NCBI GenBank assembly: GCA_020724905.1
Contig: DYGB01000004.1
Span: 1-60,930 of the forward strand
Source: Candidatus Paceibacter sp.
GTDB lineage: Bacteria > Patescibacteriota > Minisyncoccia > UBA6257 > JAGOQP01
Reading direction: 5' to 3'
Length of the DNA: 60,930 bases
Shown: positions 11,046 to 20,052 of the stretch, in pieces
Position numbering within the stretch: the first letter of the stretch is position 1
Layout: every line of letters starts with the position of its first letter
Program-made: the position numbers and the translations under genes
Notes under the pieces: generated by a model
Told to the model about the DNA's origin: nothing
Seen by the model: only the letters and a program-made list of their open reading frames with translations
The model's database searches: none

Positions 11046-11693
11046 TTATTTCATACACGTTGGAATTCCCCATGACTCCCGATCAAAAGAGGTAGAACCA
11101 AGAAGTATATCTCCATTTTCTTCTATAAATCCAGGATACCTGTCCCCTTCCCATCGGGACATACCCGCAAGCATACCATGATCTTTGAGAAGTGTTGGTC
11201 GCAACATGACTAGAGCAAGCACTTCATCAAGAAAAAGCATTCTTTTCCCGTTTCTTTTTGTCCAGTCATCAACGACATTCTGTTTGAATCCTTTTGTGGA
11301 ATATCCCAGGTCAACATTATCGATAATATAGGGGTATTCTTCTCCAGAGGATTCATAGGAGAGACATTGATTCACCATACTTCGAAGTTCAAGTGCATCC
11401 ATATATTCTTTTTTTAATACATGAATGAGTTGAATCTCGATTGGAATTATGGCGGAAGGAATAACCAACACTTTCGGAATGTAGTCATGTCCGTTTTCCG
11501 GAATGACAACACTGTCTCCTAGTACATTTTCAGATAAACACATCTTCATTTTTGCATCCGCAGATGCAGCATCGAGACGTGTTACATATCCAAAAGCTTT
11601 ATCAAACTCAAACCGTTCTTTATAGATTTCCCACTGTTTCATCATCATCATCCACAATGGTACTGTTTTTTCTATAACGTGTTGTTGTTCCAT
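11046..11693 (-). CDS. hypothetical protein (215 aa)
   Basis: ORF with SD AAGGAGG before the ATG. No motif recognised. Lies between uvrA and uvrCB. Confidence 0.6.
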   Translation of the reverse strand: MEQQHVIEKTVPLWMMMMKQWEIYKERFEFDKAFGYVTRLDAASADAKMKMCLSENVLGDSVVIPENGHDYIPKVLVIPSAIIPIEIQLIHVLKKEYMDALELRSMVNQCLSYESSGEEYPYIIDNVDLGYSTKGFKQNVVDDWTKRNGKRMLFLDEVLALVMLRPTLLKDHGMLAGMSRWEGDRYPGFIEENGDILLGSTSFDRESWGIPTCMK

Positions 11694-11756
11694 GACAACC
11701 TCCTTGTATTTAGTATATGATACAATTAACGAGCTAGGTTTCTTATATCATATTCC

Positions 11757-12782
11757 ATGAACAAGTCAATCCAAGAACAAATACAGAGTCTCCCCACCAC
11801 CCCTGGTGTATATCTCTTTAAGAATAGTGATGAAGAGATTATTTATATTGGAAAAGCAAAACAGATACGAAAACGTGTACAATCTCACTTCTCTTCACAA
11901 AAACAATCTATCAACTTTTATGCGCAGGTTGTTTTTATAGAGACAATCCCTACACGCACCGAAAGAAACGCCCTTATCCTAGAAAACGACCTTATCAAAA
12001 AACATCAACCAAAATATAATATTGAATTAAAGGATGATAAAAACTATACCTTTGTTTCTTTCTCCCCTCATGACTTTCCTATCGTCTCAACAACGCATCA
12101 ACCAAAGAAAAAAGGATATAGGTACAATGGACCCTTTATATCAGCTCGAGAAGTACGATCCTATCTCAAACACCTTCGAAAACTTTTTCCCTACAGAACA
12201 TGCATTCATACATATGAGAAGCCTTGTTTGTATGCTGATCTAGGTTTATGCGCAGCACATACACCTCATACACAAGAAGAATACACTCGTATCCTTTTGG
12301 GTCTTGAAGCATTTCTCTCCCTTCTTGGAGGAAAGCGTATTGCCCTTGAAGGATATGATATCTCTCACAGTCAGGGATCATATGCTGTTGGTTCAATGGT
12401 TCGCTTTAGCTCAAAAACACCAAAGAAAGATATGTATCGACGATTTAAAATACAAAGCACAACCAACAACGATCCAAAAGCATTAAAAGAAATTATTTCT
12501 CGACGCCTTACTCATGATGAATGGAGTACTCCTGATCTCATCGTTGTTGATGGAGGAAAAGGACAACTTGCTCATCTCAAAGATATTCCCCTTCCTATCG
12601 TTGCACTTGCAAAGGGCCTAAAAAGAGACATGGAGAGTGGAACACTGTATTCTCACTATGGTTCTATTCCCCTCCTCTCACTTCCTCCCTTGATATCAGA
12701 AACACTTCTTCGTCTTCGCAATGAAGCACATCGATTTGCTATTACCTATCAAAGATTGCATCATAAAAAAACATTGTTATGA
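11757..12782 (+). CDS. uvrC: short UvrC-like excinuclease subunit (GIY-YIG plus UvrC homology region; no UVR or HhH domains)
   Basis: GIY-YIG motif (GVYLFKN..IIYIGKAK..RKRV.SHF), Cys-rich RTC..PCLY..LGLC region, then GYDISHSQG..MVRF, VVDGGKGQL and NEAHRFAI. Only 341 aa. Its stop overlaps the uvrB ATG (ATGA). Confidence 0.85.
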   Translation: MNKSIQEQIQSLPTTPGVYLFKNSDEEIIYIGKAKQIRKRVQSHFSSQKQSINFYAQVVFIETIPTRTERNALILENDLIKKHQPKYNIELKDDKNYTFVSFSPHDFPIVSTTHQPKKKGYRYNGPFISAREVRSYLKHLRKLFPYRTCIHTYEKPCLYADLGLCAAHTPHTQEEYTRILLGLEAFLSLLGGKRIALEGYDISHSQGSYAVGSMVRFSSKTPKKDMYRRFKIQSTTNNDPKALKEIISRRLTHDEWSTPDLIVVDGGKGQLAHLKDIPLPIVALAKGLKRDMESGTLYSHYGSIPLLSLPPLISETLLRLRNEAHRFAITYQRLHHKKTLL

Positions 12783-14743
12783 AAAAAGTGTTTAATATCA
12801 GAAAAGAACCAGCTCCTGCTGGAAATCAGCCACAAGCAATTACATCGCTTGTTTCAAACTACACAAAAAAGAAAAAAGATGTACGCCAAACACTTCTTGG
12901 AGTAACAGGGAGTGGGAAAACTCTCACTATGGCACATACGATAGAGAAGCTTGGCGTCCCTACGTTAGTGCTCTCTCATAACAAAACATTAGCTGCACAG
13001 TTATACGAAGAATTTAGAGCGCTCTTTCCTCATGATAATGTTCGCTACTTTGTTTCATACTACGACTACTATCAACCCGAAGCATATATCCCTACCTCTG
13101 ATACCTATATAGAAAAAACAGCTCAAATTAACGAAGAGATAGAACGTTTGAGGCACCAAGCTGTCTCATCAGTTCTTGAACGGAGAAATACCATTGTTGT
13201 TGCTTCAGTTTCAGCTATATATAACCTTGGTGATCCAGAAACATATCAACAGCTACGTATCGAATTAAAAAAAGGTGATGTGATAACTCCCCGAGAACTT
13301 CTCTCACAATTACGATCATTACAATATGAACGAAATGAATATGAATTCTGGAGAGGATCGATGCGTCAACGAGATGACTTTATTGATGTATGGCCCCCAG
13401 GAGAAGACTATATTATTCGCATACAGTTACAGGGAGGTGTTATTAAGGATATACAGATTATGGAACCGCTTGGAGGAGCGTTAGAGTCGGTGGAATCAAT
13501 TTCTATATTCCCAGCTCAATTCTGGCTCTCAGAAGAAAAAACTCGTTCACGTGCGATTGCATCAATAAAAAAAGATCTTGCCAAACAACTTAAAGCACTC
13601 GAACAAGAAAACAAACCTCTCGAAGCAGAACGTCTCAAACGACGAACACACTATGACCTTGCTCTCATTGAAGAAATTGGATGGTGTAAAGGAATAGAAA
13701 ACTATACCCGTTACTTTGAAGATAGAAAAAAAGGAACTCCTCCCTATACCCTTATCGATTACTTCCCAAAAGATTTCCTCACTATTATCGATGAATCTCA
13801 CATGACCCTTCCTCAAATACGAGGAATGTATAATGGTGATCGTGCACGAAAAGAAACACTTGTTGCATATGGATTTCGTCTCCCTTCTGCTCTTGATAAT
13901 AGACCTCTTACGTTCAAAGAATTTGAAGATAAACTAGGAAACACACTCTACGTATCAGCAACCCCGGGACAATATGAAAAAGATCATTCATCTCATATTG
14001 CTGAACAGATTGTCCGTCCTACCTATCTTCTTGATCCAGATATAGAGATACGTCCAACAGATAATCAAATCCCTAACCTTATCGATGAAATAGAGATACG
14101 TGTTACAAAACATCAACGAGTTTTAGTAACCGTACTCACTAAACGTCTCTCAGAAACACTTGCTGAATATTTTAGTGAACGAAACATAAAAGCAGCATTC
14201 TTGCATTCTGAGATAGATACCCTGGAAAGACCTAAAATACTCTCACAACTGAGATCAGGGAAATATGATGTATTGGTAGGGATTAACCTTCTTAGAGAAG
14301 GACTCGATCTTCCAGAAGTTTCTCTTGTAGCTATTCTTGATGCTGACAAGGAAGGCTTCCTTCGAGACAGGACCTCCTTTATACAGATATCAGGAAGAGC
14401 TGCTCGTCATAGTGAAGGACATGTTATTCTTTATGCTGATCGTATTACCGCATCAATGAAAGCAGCGCTCTCAGAAACATCTCGCCGAAGAGCTATCCAA
14501 GAAGCATTTAACAAGAAGCATAACAAAACTCCTCTTACTATTACTAAAGATATTACCTACTCATTTCACACTGAAGAAGATGGTGCTAACAAACAACCTA
14601 TCCCAGAGTTTAAAAAAGAGTACGCCCATGAATTAGAACGAAAACTACAACTTGCACAAAGAAACCTTCAATTTGAAGAAGCTGCACGAATAAAGAAAAA
14701 GATACAGAGCCTATCAATTGACAAGAAAAAGAGAAAGCGGTAA
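12779..14743 (+). CDS. uvrB: excinuclease ABC subunit B
   Basis: 654 aa. Walker A GVTGSGKT, DESH box, helicase motifs, and a C-terminal UVR motif (NLQFEEAARIKKKI). Confidence 0.97.
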   Translation: MKKVFNIRKEPAPAGNQPQAITSLVSNYTKKKKDVRQTLLGVTGSGKTLTMAHTIEKLGVPTLVLSHNKTLAAQLYEEFRALFPHDNVRYFVSYYDYYQPEAYIPTSDTYIEKTAQINEEIERLRHQAVSSVLERRNTIVVASVSAIYNLGDPETYQQLRIELKKGDVITPRELLSQLRSLQYERNEYEFWRGSMRQRDDFIDVWPPGEDYIIRIQLQGGVIKDIQIMEPLGGALESVESISIFPAQFWLSEEKTRSRAIASIKKDLAKQLKALEQENKPLEAERLKRRTHYDLALIEEIGWCKGIENYTRYFEDRKKGTPPYTLIDYFPKDFLTIIDESHMTLPQIRGMYNGDRARKETLVAYGFRLPSALDNRPLTFKEFEDKLGNTLYVSATPGQYEKDHSSHIAEQIVRPTYLLDPDIEIRPTDNQIPNLIDEIEIRVTKHQRVLVTVLTKRLSETLAEYFSERNIKAAFLHSEIDTLERPKILSQLRSGKYDVLVGINLLREGLDLPEVSLVAILDADKEGFLRDRTSFIQISGRAARHSEGHVILYADRITASMKAALSETSRRRAIQEAFNKKHNKTPLTITKDITYSFHTEEDGANKQPIPEFKKEYAHELERKLQLAQRNLQFEEAARIKKKIQSLSIDKKKRKR

Positions 14744-14796
14744 TATCCTAAAAGCTCTCACCATACATATTTCTAACCCAAATAAAGGAGGTTCAC

Positions 14797-15105
14797 ATGT
14801 CTGTACCATGCCAGATTCTTTTTTCTAGCGATAAAGATTTCACGGTAACAATGGACTCATACCCTTTCATCTCTTGTTCCTGTTCTGAAAAAACACCGGA
14901 TGGAACCGTAAACGTACTCAGTGAAAACACTCTTTCTATTGAAGAATTCGAAAAGGTAATCGAAATAGCTCCTCATACCGTTCTCCCTGAACATGTTGCG
15001 CACAACAATACGTGCATACGAGAATTAAAAACTTTTATCCAAGAAATTAAGCCGGAAAAAAGAACCCTTCAATCACCACTTCCTCCTGATACTGTTGGAT
15101 GTTAA
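14797..15105 (+). CDS. hypothetical protein (102 aa)
   Basis: Strong SD (AAAGGAGGTTCAC-ATG) and its own terminator. Confidence 0.5.
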   Translation: MSVPCQILFSSDKDFTVTMDSYPFISCSCSEKTPDGTVNVLSENTLSIEEFEKVIEIAPHTVLPEHVAHNNTCIRELKTFIQEIKPEKRTLQSPLPPDTVGC

Positions 15106-15123
15106 TATGTAGTAAACAATTTT

Positions 15124-15156
15124 AAAGTCGCCATCACTGGCGACTTTTATTTTTTC
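15124..15156 (+). terminator. rho-independent terminator
   Basis: Stem AAAGTCGCCA/TGGCGACTTT followed by a T-run. Confidence 0.8.
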
Positions 15157-15174
15157 TGTGCTAGGATATCTCAT

Positions 15175-16311
15175 ATGATATCATTTTCAGTTACTCATAC
15201 ATCAGATAAAAGTAACGCCCGTCGTGGCGTTCTTTTGACTCCTCATGGAGAGGTGCAGACTCCCGCTTTTATTCCTGTTGCTACACAAGCAACCATTAAA
15301 GCACTTCCTACTTTCCTCCTAGAAGAAACGACAACTCAGATGATTATCGCAAACACCTATCATCTTCACCTAAGACCAGGAGAAAGTATTATACAGAACC
15401 ATGGAAGTATACATTCCTTTATGGGATGGGATCATCCTGTTATGACTGATTCGGGAGGATTTCAGGTATTTAGTCTTGGATTTGGAAAAGACTTTCACTC
15501 CCAAAAAATGACCTCACAACCTTCATATGATCAAGTTCGAGAAGGAGCACAACCTAAGCTCCTTACCATAGGAGAAGATGGAGTCACCTTTACCTCATAT
15601 ATTGATGGGAAAGAACTCTTTTTGGGGCCACAGGAGTCGATAACAATTCAGGAACAGATAGGGGCTGATATTATGTTTTCATTTGATGAATGTCCTCCTC
15701 CGTTTGCTGATCATGCGTATGTTAAAACATCTCTTCAAAAGACCCATCGGTGGGCACAACATTCCCTTGATGCACGTAAAGGAACAAATGCACTCTATGG
15801 CATTATTCAAGGAGGGCGTTATAAAGATCTTCGAGAAGAGAGTGCTCGTTATATCACCTCACTCCCATTTGATGGATTTGGTATTGGAGGAGAATTTGGA
15901 TCAAAAAAAGAAGATATGACAACAATGCTTTCTTCTATACATCCTTTCCTTCCTCCCCAAAAACCACGTCATCTTCTTGGTGTAGGGCACCTTGAAGACA
16001 TTCCCCTTATTATCAAAGAAGGTGTTGATACCTTTGATTGTATTGTTCCAACACACTATGCACGTCATGGATATGCATTCACCTCACAAGGAAAAATTGA
16101 TATACGGAAAAGAATCCATCAAGACTCACAAGATCCACTCGATCCTTCATGTTCCTGTAGAGTATGTTCTCACTATAGTACTGGATACATTCATCATCTC
16201 CTTAGATCACATGAAATAGCAGCTCTTTCTTTACTTACACTTCACAATATTCACTACTTTCACTCATATGTTGCTGATCTTCGTACACAGATAGAGCAGA
16301 ATAAACTATAA
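15175..16311 (+). CDS. tgt: tRNA-guanine transglycosylase (queuine tRNA-ribosyltransferase)
   Basis: ANTYHL, DSGGFQV, and the zinc site C.C..C...H (CSCRVCSHY..H). Confidence 0.93.
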   Translation: MISFSVTHTSDKSNARRGVLLTPHGEVQTPAFIPVATQATIKALPTFLLEETTTQMIIANTYHLHLRPGESIIQNHGSIHSFMGWDHPVMTDSGGFQVFSLGFGKDFHSQKMTSQPSYDQVREGAQPKLLTIGEDGVTFTSYIDGKELFLGPQESITIQEQIGADIMFSFDECPPPFADHAYVKTSLQKTHRWAQHSLDARKGTNALYGIIQGGRYKDLREESARYITSLPFDGFGIGGEFGSKKEDMTTMLSSIHPFLPPQKPRHLLGVGHLEDIPLIIKEGVDTFDCIVPTHYARHGYAFTSQGKIDIRKRIHQDSQDPLDPSCSCRVCSHYSTGYIHHLLRSHEIAALSLLTLHNIHYFHSYVADLRTQIEQNKL

Positions 16312-16402
16312 TGCAAAAAGTTGACAAACTTGTACACTTCATATAGAATACGCTACGAAAACAAAAAAGGCGATTCTGTCAATTTTTTGTACCCCTCTGC
16401 AG

Positions 16403-17098
16403 TTATTGCATTTCAGGAGGGGTTTTTACTTTTTTAGGGACGTAAAGAGCAATACTAAACTCCCCTCGAACCTTGTCGGGATGCTTATCAAGATATAAAA
16501 GAACTTCTTGAGCACTTCCTCGAATGTATTCTTCATGTACTTTTGTCATTTCCTTTCCCACACATAGTTCTGAGAACGGAAGTATCTCTTTAATATATTC
16601 AAGTGTTTTTATAATTCTGTAGGGAGATTCAAAAAATACAAAGAGGACATCAGTACCATGTCCACCTAACAGTTCTTGTATTTTCTTTTTCTTTTTTTGA
16701 AGAAATCCTACAAAAATAACTGTCCGTGCATGTAGTCCAGATGCAGCAAGAATGCTGGTAAGGGCGGAGGGACCAGGAATAACTGAAATCCCAATCCCCT
16801 CTTTAGAGGCACGTTGCACTAAATCACTCCCTGGATCACTCACTACTGGTGTTCCTGCAGATGTAACATACACTGCATCTTCTTCTTTTAGGAGTGCAAT
16901 AATTTCATCAGTTGCACGAGCTTTATTTCTATCGTTATACTTAATCATCTTCTTTTTCCCTATACCAAGAATATGAAATAGCTTCCCTGAGTCCTGGGAG
17001 CTTTCTGTTATGACATAGGGTATCTCCTCAAGAATCTTACGTGCCCTCAAAGAGATGTCTTCTATATTCCCAATAGGGGTAGAAACGATATATAGCAT
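16403..17098 (-). CDS. rsmI: 16S rRNA (cytidine1402-2'-O)-methyltransferase
   Basis: MLYIVSTPIGNIEDISLRA... tetrapyrrole-methylase-like fold. Start trimmed to the ATG at 17098 (ORF track: 17134). Confidence 0.9.
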   Translation of the reverse strand: MLYIVSTPIGNIEDISLRARKILEEIPYVITESSQDSGKLFHILGIGKKKMIKYNDRNKARATDEIIALLKEEDAVYVTSAGTPVVSDPGSDLVQRASKEGIGISVIPGPSALTSILAASGLHARTVIFVGFLQKKKKKIQELLGGHGTDVLFVFFESPYRIIKTLEYIKEILPFSELCVGKEMTKVHEEYIRGSAQEVLLYLDKHPDKVRGEFSIALYVPKKVKTPPEMQ

Positions 17099-17148
17099 TG
17101 TGAAAATTGTACCACTAATAATAAAAACCCCCAATATGGGGGCTTTTA

Positions 17149-17337
17149 TTATTTAGAAGCATCACCGAATGGATCTTCCAATTTTTCTTTTATTTTCTTA
17201 TCATGTTCTTCTTTTGTGATGTAGGAATTAGAATCTGGATCGAAGTATTCAGGAGATTTCATCTCATGTTCTCCTGGTTCATTTATTGTTCCGTCAACTC
17301 CTCCACCATTTTGTCCCTCTGGCTTTTCAAAACTCAT
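17149..17337 (-). CDS. small acidic hypothetical protein (62 aa)
   Basis: ORF only. No SD seen. Confidence 0.35.
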   Translation of the reverse strand: MSFEKPEGQNGGGVDGTINEPGEHEMKSPEYFDPDSNSYITKEEHDKKIKEKLEDPFGDASK

Positions 17338-17429
17338 ATGAATATTGACTTTACTTATATTATATTGTACATTATAGCAACTCTTTCAGAGAAAATCAAG
17401 TACATTACTAACTATATATAGGGGGTTTC

Positions 17430-17954
17430 ATGAATCCTGAACAAGTATTTTTACAAACGCTCGCCTCGGATGGTGTATGTTATATCGACGATGATATTAG
17501 TCCTTCAACGCTACGCGTCGTTACAAAAACCTTAACCTATGCGCATACACGAAAGATGCCTCTTACATTGTATATAAAGTCATCAGGAGGAGATGTTTTA
17601 ACATCTTTAAAGATATATTCCGCACTACAGGCCTATTCATTCCCAGTAACTGGAATTATTATTGGAGAGGCAAATTCTGCCTCAGCCACTATTCTACAAG
17701 GATGCACTATACGTCTTATGCATCGATACAATAGCATCCATTTACATGCGGTTGAATCAAAGCGGTCTGTATATCAGAAAGAAGATGTTGAAGGTATGCG
17801 TATGCAACATATTGTTGAAGGTATTTTGACAGAGAAAACAAATCTCTCAAAAGAAGAAATTAATAAAATCATGATTAACCCTGGAGGAAAAAGATTTTTT
17901 GATAAAGAAATATTAGATGCCGGACTTGCTGATAAATTTGTCGAAAAAAATTAA
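17430..17954 (+). CDS. ClpP-family serine protease-like protein (short, stand-alone)
   Basis: 174 aa. SSGGDV..........P....I.G.A.SA...L pattern resembling the ClpP core, with candidate Ser in GEANSASA and His in IHLH. TTGACT-17-TACATT promoter upstream. Confidence 0.6.
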   Translation: MNPEQVFLQTLASDGVCYIDDDISPSTLRVVTKTLTYAHTRKMPLTLYIKSSGGDVLTSLKIYSALQAYSFPVTGIIIGEANSASATILQGCTIRLMHRYNSIHLHAVESKRSVYQKEDVEGMRMQHIVEGILTEKTNLSKEEINKIMINPGGKRFFDKEILDAGLADKFVEKN

Positions 17955-17966
17955 CTTAGTTCTTTT

Positions 17967-17999
17967 AAAAAAGTGACCGTATGGTCACTTTTTATTTTT
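17967..17999 (+). terminator. rho-independent terminator
   Basis: Stem AAAAAAGTGACC/GGTCACTTTTT followed by a T-run. Confidence 0.8.
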
Positions 18000-18240
18000 C
18001 TTTCCTGTCTAGGCGGAGTGAGATAAGAACAAGCGCTACCGTAATAATAAATGCGTAGATAAACTTGGCAATAATCGTATTTTGTTCTTGAGAAAATATT
18101 GTTTTGACAAGTTCTTGGATGGCATCATTCCATGCAAGACCAACAACAAATCCAAGAGCCGCAAGAATAAAGCCAGTTGTTCGAGACATAACTTCCTGTG
18201 TCGTCCTTTTTACCTCCTCCTCTACTCTATTATGTTCCAT
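17992..18240 (-). CDS. small membrane protein (82 aa)
   Basis: Two hydrophobic helices. Directly downstream of nfo. Confidence 0.5.
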   Translation of the reverse strand: MEHNRVEEEVKRTTQEVMSRTTGFILAALGFVVGLAWNDAIQELVKTIFSQEQNTIIAKFIYAFIITVALVLISLRLDRKEK

Positions 18241-18244
18241 AGTA

Positions 18245-19087
18245 TTATGTTACGTATGATATGACTCTATCTATATTCTTCCTATCAGGTCCTTCATTGT
18301 CAAATCCTGGGACTTCAAGAATAGGTGGAATATCTTTTATTTCTTTTCTTTGTACGAATCGTTGTATTCTTTCTTTCCCTATTTTCCCCTCTCCAATGTT
18401 TTCATGTCTGTCTTTCCGTGATCCTGCTTCTGTCTTACTGTCATTAAGATGGATTGCCTTAAGTGCATTAATCCCTACACCTCTCTTTACTTCAGAGAAA
18501 AATATATCGAGTTCTTTTGTAGAATAATCGTGTATCATTCCTGAGGCAAATGCATGTGCAGTATCAATACAGATACCAAGGCGTGGATCATCAATTGTAG
18601 TATATAAAGAGGTAAGCTCCTCAAGTGTATCTCCAACTAAATTCCCCGCTCCTGCGGTATTTTCCATAAGGATAGCGGTATCTTTTGTATGCTGAAGAAC
18701 TTTTTTAAGGGCTTTTATAATAATGGCATGTGCCTTGTCTTGTTCCATATCTCCCCGAGATCCAATATGAAAGATAACTCCATCAACACCAAGTGCGTCA
18801 GCTATCTTTCCATGCTTTAGAAGTAACTCTCGAGAGAGTGTTTGTAGTTTTTCCTTTGGGCTTGCAAGATTGATAAGGTAAGGAGCATGCATAAATACTT
18901 TCTCAATCCCCCACTGCTCTCTTTCTTCTTGAAATTTTTTTATCGTTTCTTGTGATGGAAGTGGTGCACTCCATCGTACCGGAGACCCTCCAAATATCTG
19001 CATACAATTAGCTCCAATACTATGAGCTCGTTGTGGTGTATGCTCTACCCCTCCAGACGCAGAGACATGTGCTCCAATATATCTCAT
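18245..19087 (-). CDS. nfo: deoxyribonuclease IV (endonuclease IV)
   Basis: MRYIGAHVSASGG..., with HAPYLINL, HIGS and H.ND motifs of the AP endonuclease 2 TIM barrel. Confidence 0.92.
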   Translation of the reverse strand: MRYIGAHVSASGGVEHTPQRAHSIGANCMQIFGGSPVRWSAPLPSQETIKKFQEEREQWGIEKVFMHAPYLINLASPKEKLQTLSRELLLKHGKIADALGVDGVIFHIGSRGDMEQDKAHAIIIKALKKVLQHTKDTAILMENTAGAGNLVGDTLEELTSLYTTIDDPRLGICIDTAHAFASGMIHDYSTKELDIFFSEVKRGVGINALKAIHLNDSKTEAGSRKDRHENIGEGKIGKERIQRFVQRKEIKDIPPILEVPGFDNEGPDRKNIDRVISYVT

Positions 19088-19788
19088 GATGCGTTTGCTT
19101 TTTGTTCTGCTGTTTGTTCTTCAGATTCTTTATGAACCTTCTGTTGGGTTTTGTAGAATTTCAATAATGAAAATACCACCATACTCCCAAGTACAATACC
19201 AAAGAAGTTAAAAACAAAGATAAGGAGTGTTGAACGAAGTAGTTCAAAATCAAATGTACTCAGAGCAAGTCCAGAAAGTACGAGCGGAGGAACCAGTGAT
19301 ACTGAAACAGCAATACCAGGAAGAATATCTGCAACTTCTTTTCGTGTCCATGCAAATGTTGCTGCAACACCAGACACAATCGCTACAATAAAGTATAAAA
19401 TGCCTGACGCAATTGAATCTTCAAATACATTAAGTTCAGACCCTCCTTCAAAAAATATCCCCATGAGAACGGATACACCAATGAGTATCCCTACTGATTT
19501 TGCGATAAGTACAGAAGAATGTTTTACCGATTCAACTTCTCCTACAACAATCGCTAATGCGATAAGAAGCAATGGAGTAAGTACAGGAGCAATAAGCATA
19601 CCTCCAATAACAATAGCTGCGTTATTTAAAATAAGCCCTGACGCAACAACAACTGCTGAAAGCACAAGAAGGGTGTAATACAGAGATGATGGCTTACTTT
19701 TTTCAAATAATTCTTCAACGGTTCTATACTGTTCTGTCTTGTTTACCTCTAAAATTCCCTCCGGTTTTTTCTCTTTCTTTCTAGGCAT
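19084..19788 (-). CDS. multi-pass membrane protein (possibly DUF389-like)
   Basis: 234 aa with about 6 hydrophobic segments. Overlaps the nfo start by 4 nt. Confidence 0.5.
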   Translation of the reverse strand: MPRKKEKKPEGILEVNKTEQYRTVEELFEKSKPSSLYYTLLVLSAVVVASGLILNNAAIVIGGMLIAPVLTPLLLIALAIVVGEVESVKHSSVLIAKSVGILIGVSVLMGIFFEGGSELNVFEDSIASGILYFIVAIVSGVAATFAWTRKEVADILPGIAVSVSLVPPLVLSGLALSTFDFELLRSTLLIFVFNFFGIVLGSMVVFSLLKFYKTQQKVHKESEEQTAEQKANAS

Positions 19789-19791
19789 AGA

Positions 19792-20019
19792 TTATTTCTT
19801 AAAGATACGCTCTGCTTCATCTTTTTTTTCTTCAAGTGCTTTTGCTACTGCCTGCATACGATCCATACCTTGTTTTTCATATGCTTGAGCTTGTAGGGCA
19901 ATATCCTGAAAAAATTGAGGGTTTTCCTCAATCATGGCGATAAACTGTTCCCTCTGCTGCTCAGGAACATGTGCCATCTGTTTATCTAGCATTTTTTTAA
20001 GTAGTAGTTTTTGGAACAT
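19792..20019 (-). CDS. hypothetical helical protein (75 aa)
   Basis: ORF only. Confidence 0.4.
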   Translation of the reverse strand: MFQKLLLKKMLDKQMAHVPEQQREQFIAMIEENPQFFQDIALQAQAYEKQGMDRMQAVAKALEEKKDEAERIFKK

Positions 20020-20052
20020 ATGAGCTAGTGTATCATAGGAATTTATTTCTTT

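Noticed and set aside
16321-16349. The + strand promoter-like TTGACA-17-TAGAAT right after tgt, pointing into the 3' end of rsmI
   Set aside because: There is no downstream + strand ORF, hairpin or terminator. It may be a chance match in AT-rich DNA or a weak antisense promoter, and the evidence is insufficient.
16403-17134. Long N-terminal extensions in the ORF track for rsmI, rsmE, uppP, pyrD, tspO, the Cas4-like nuclease, NRAMP, cysS and several island genes
   Set aside because: The extensions start at TTG/GTG or upstream ATG codons lying inside promoters, terminators or neighbouring genes. Internal ATGs match the conserved N-termini or follow a Shine-Dalgarno site, so the starts were trimmed.
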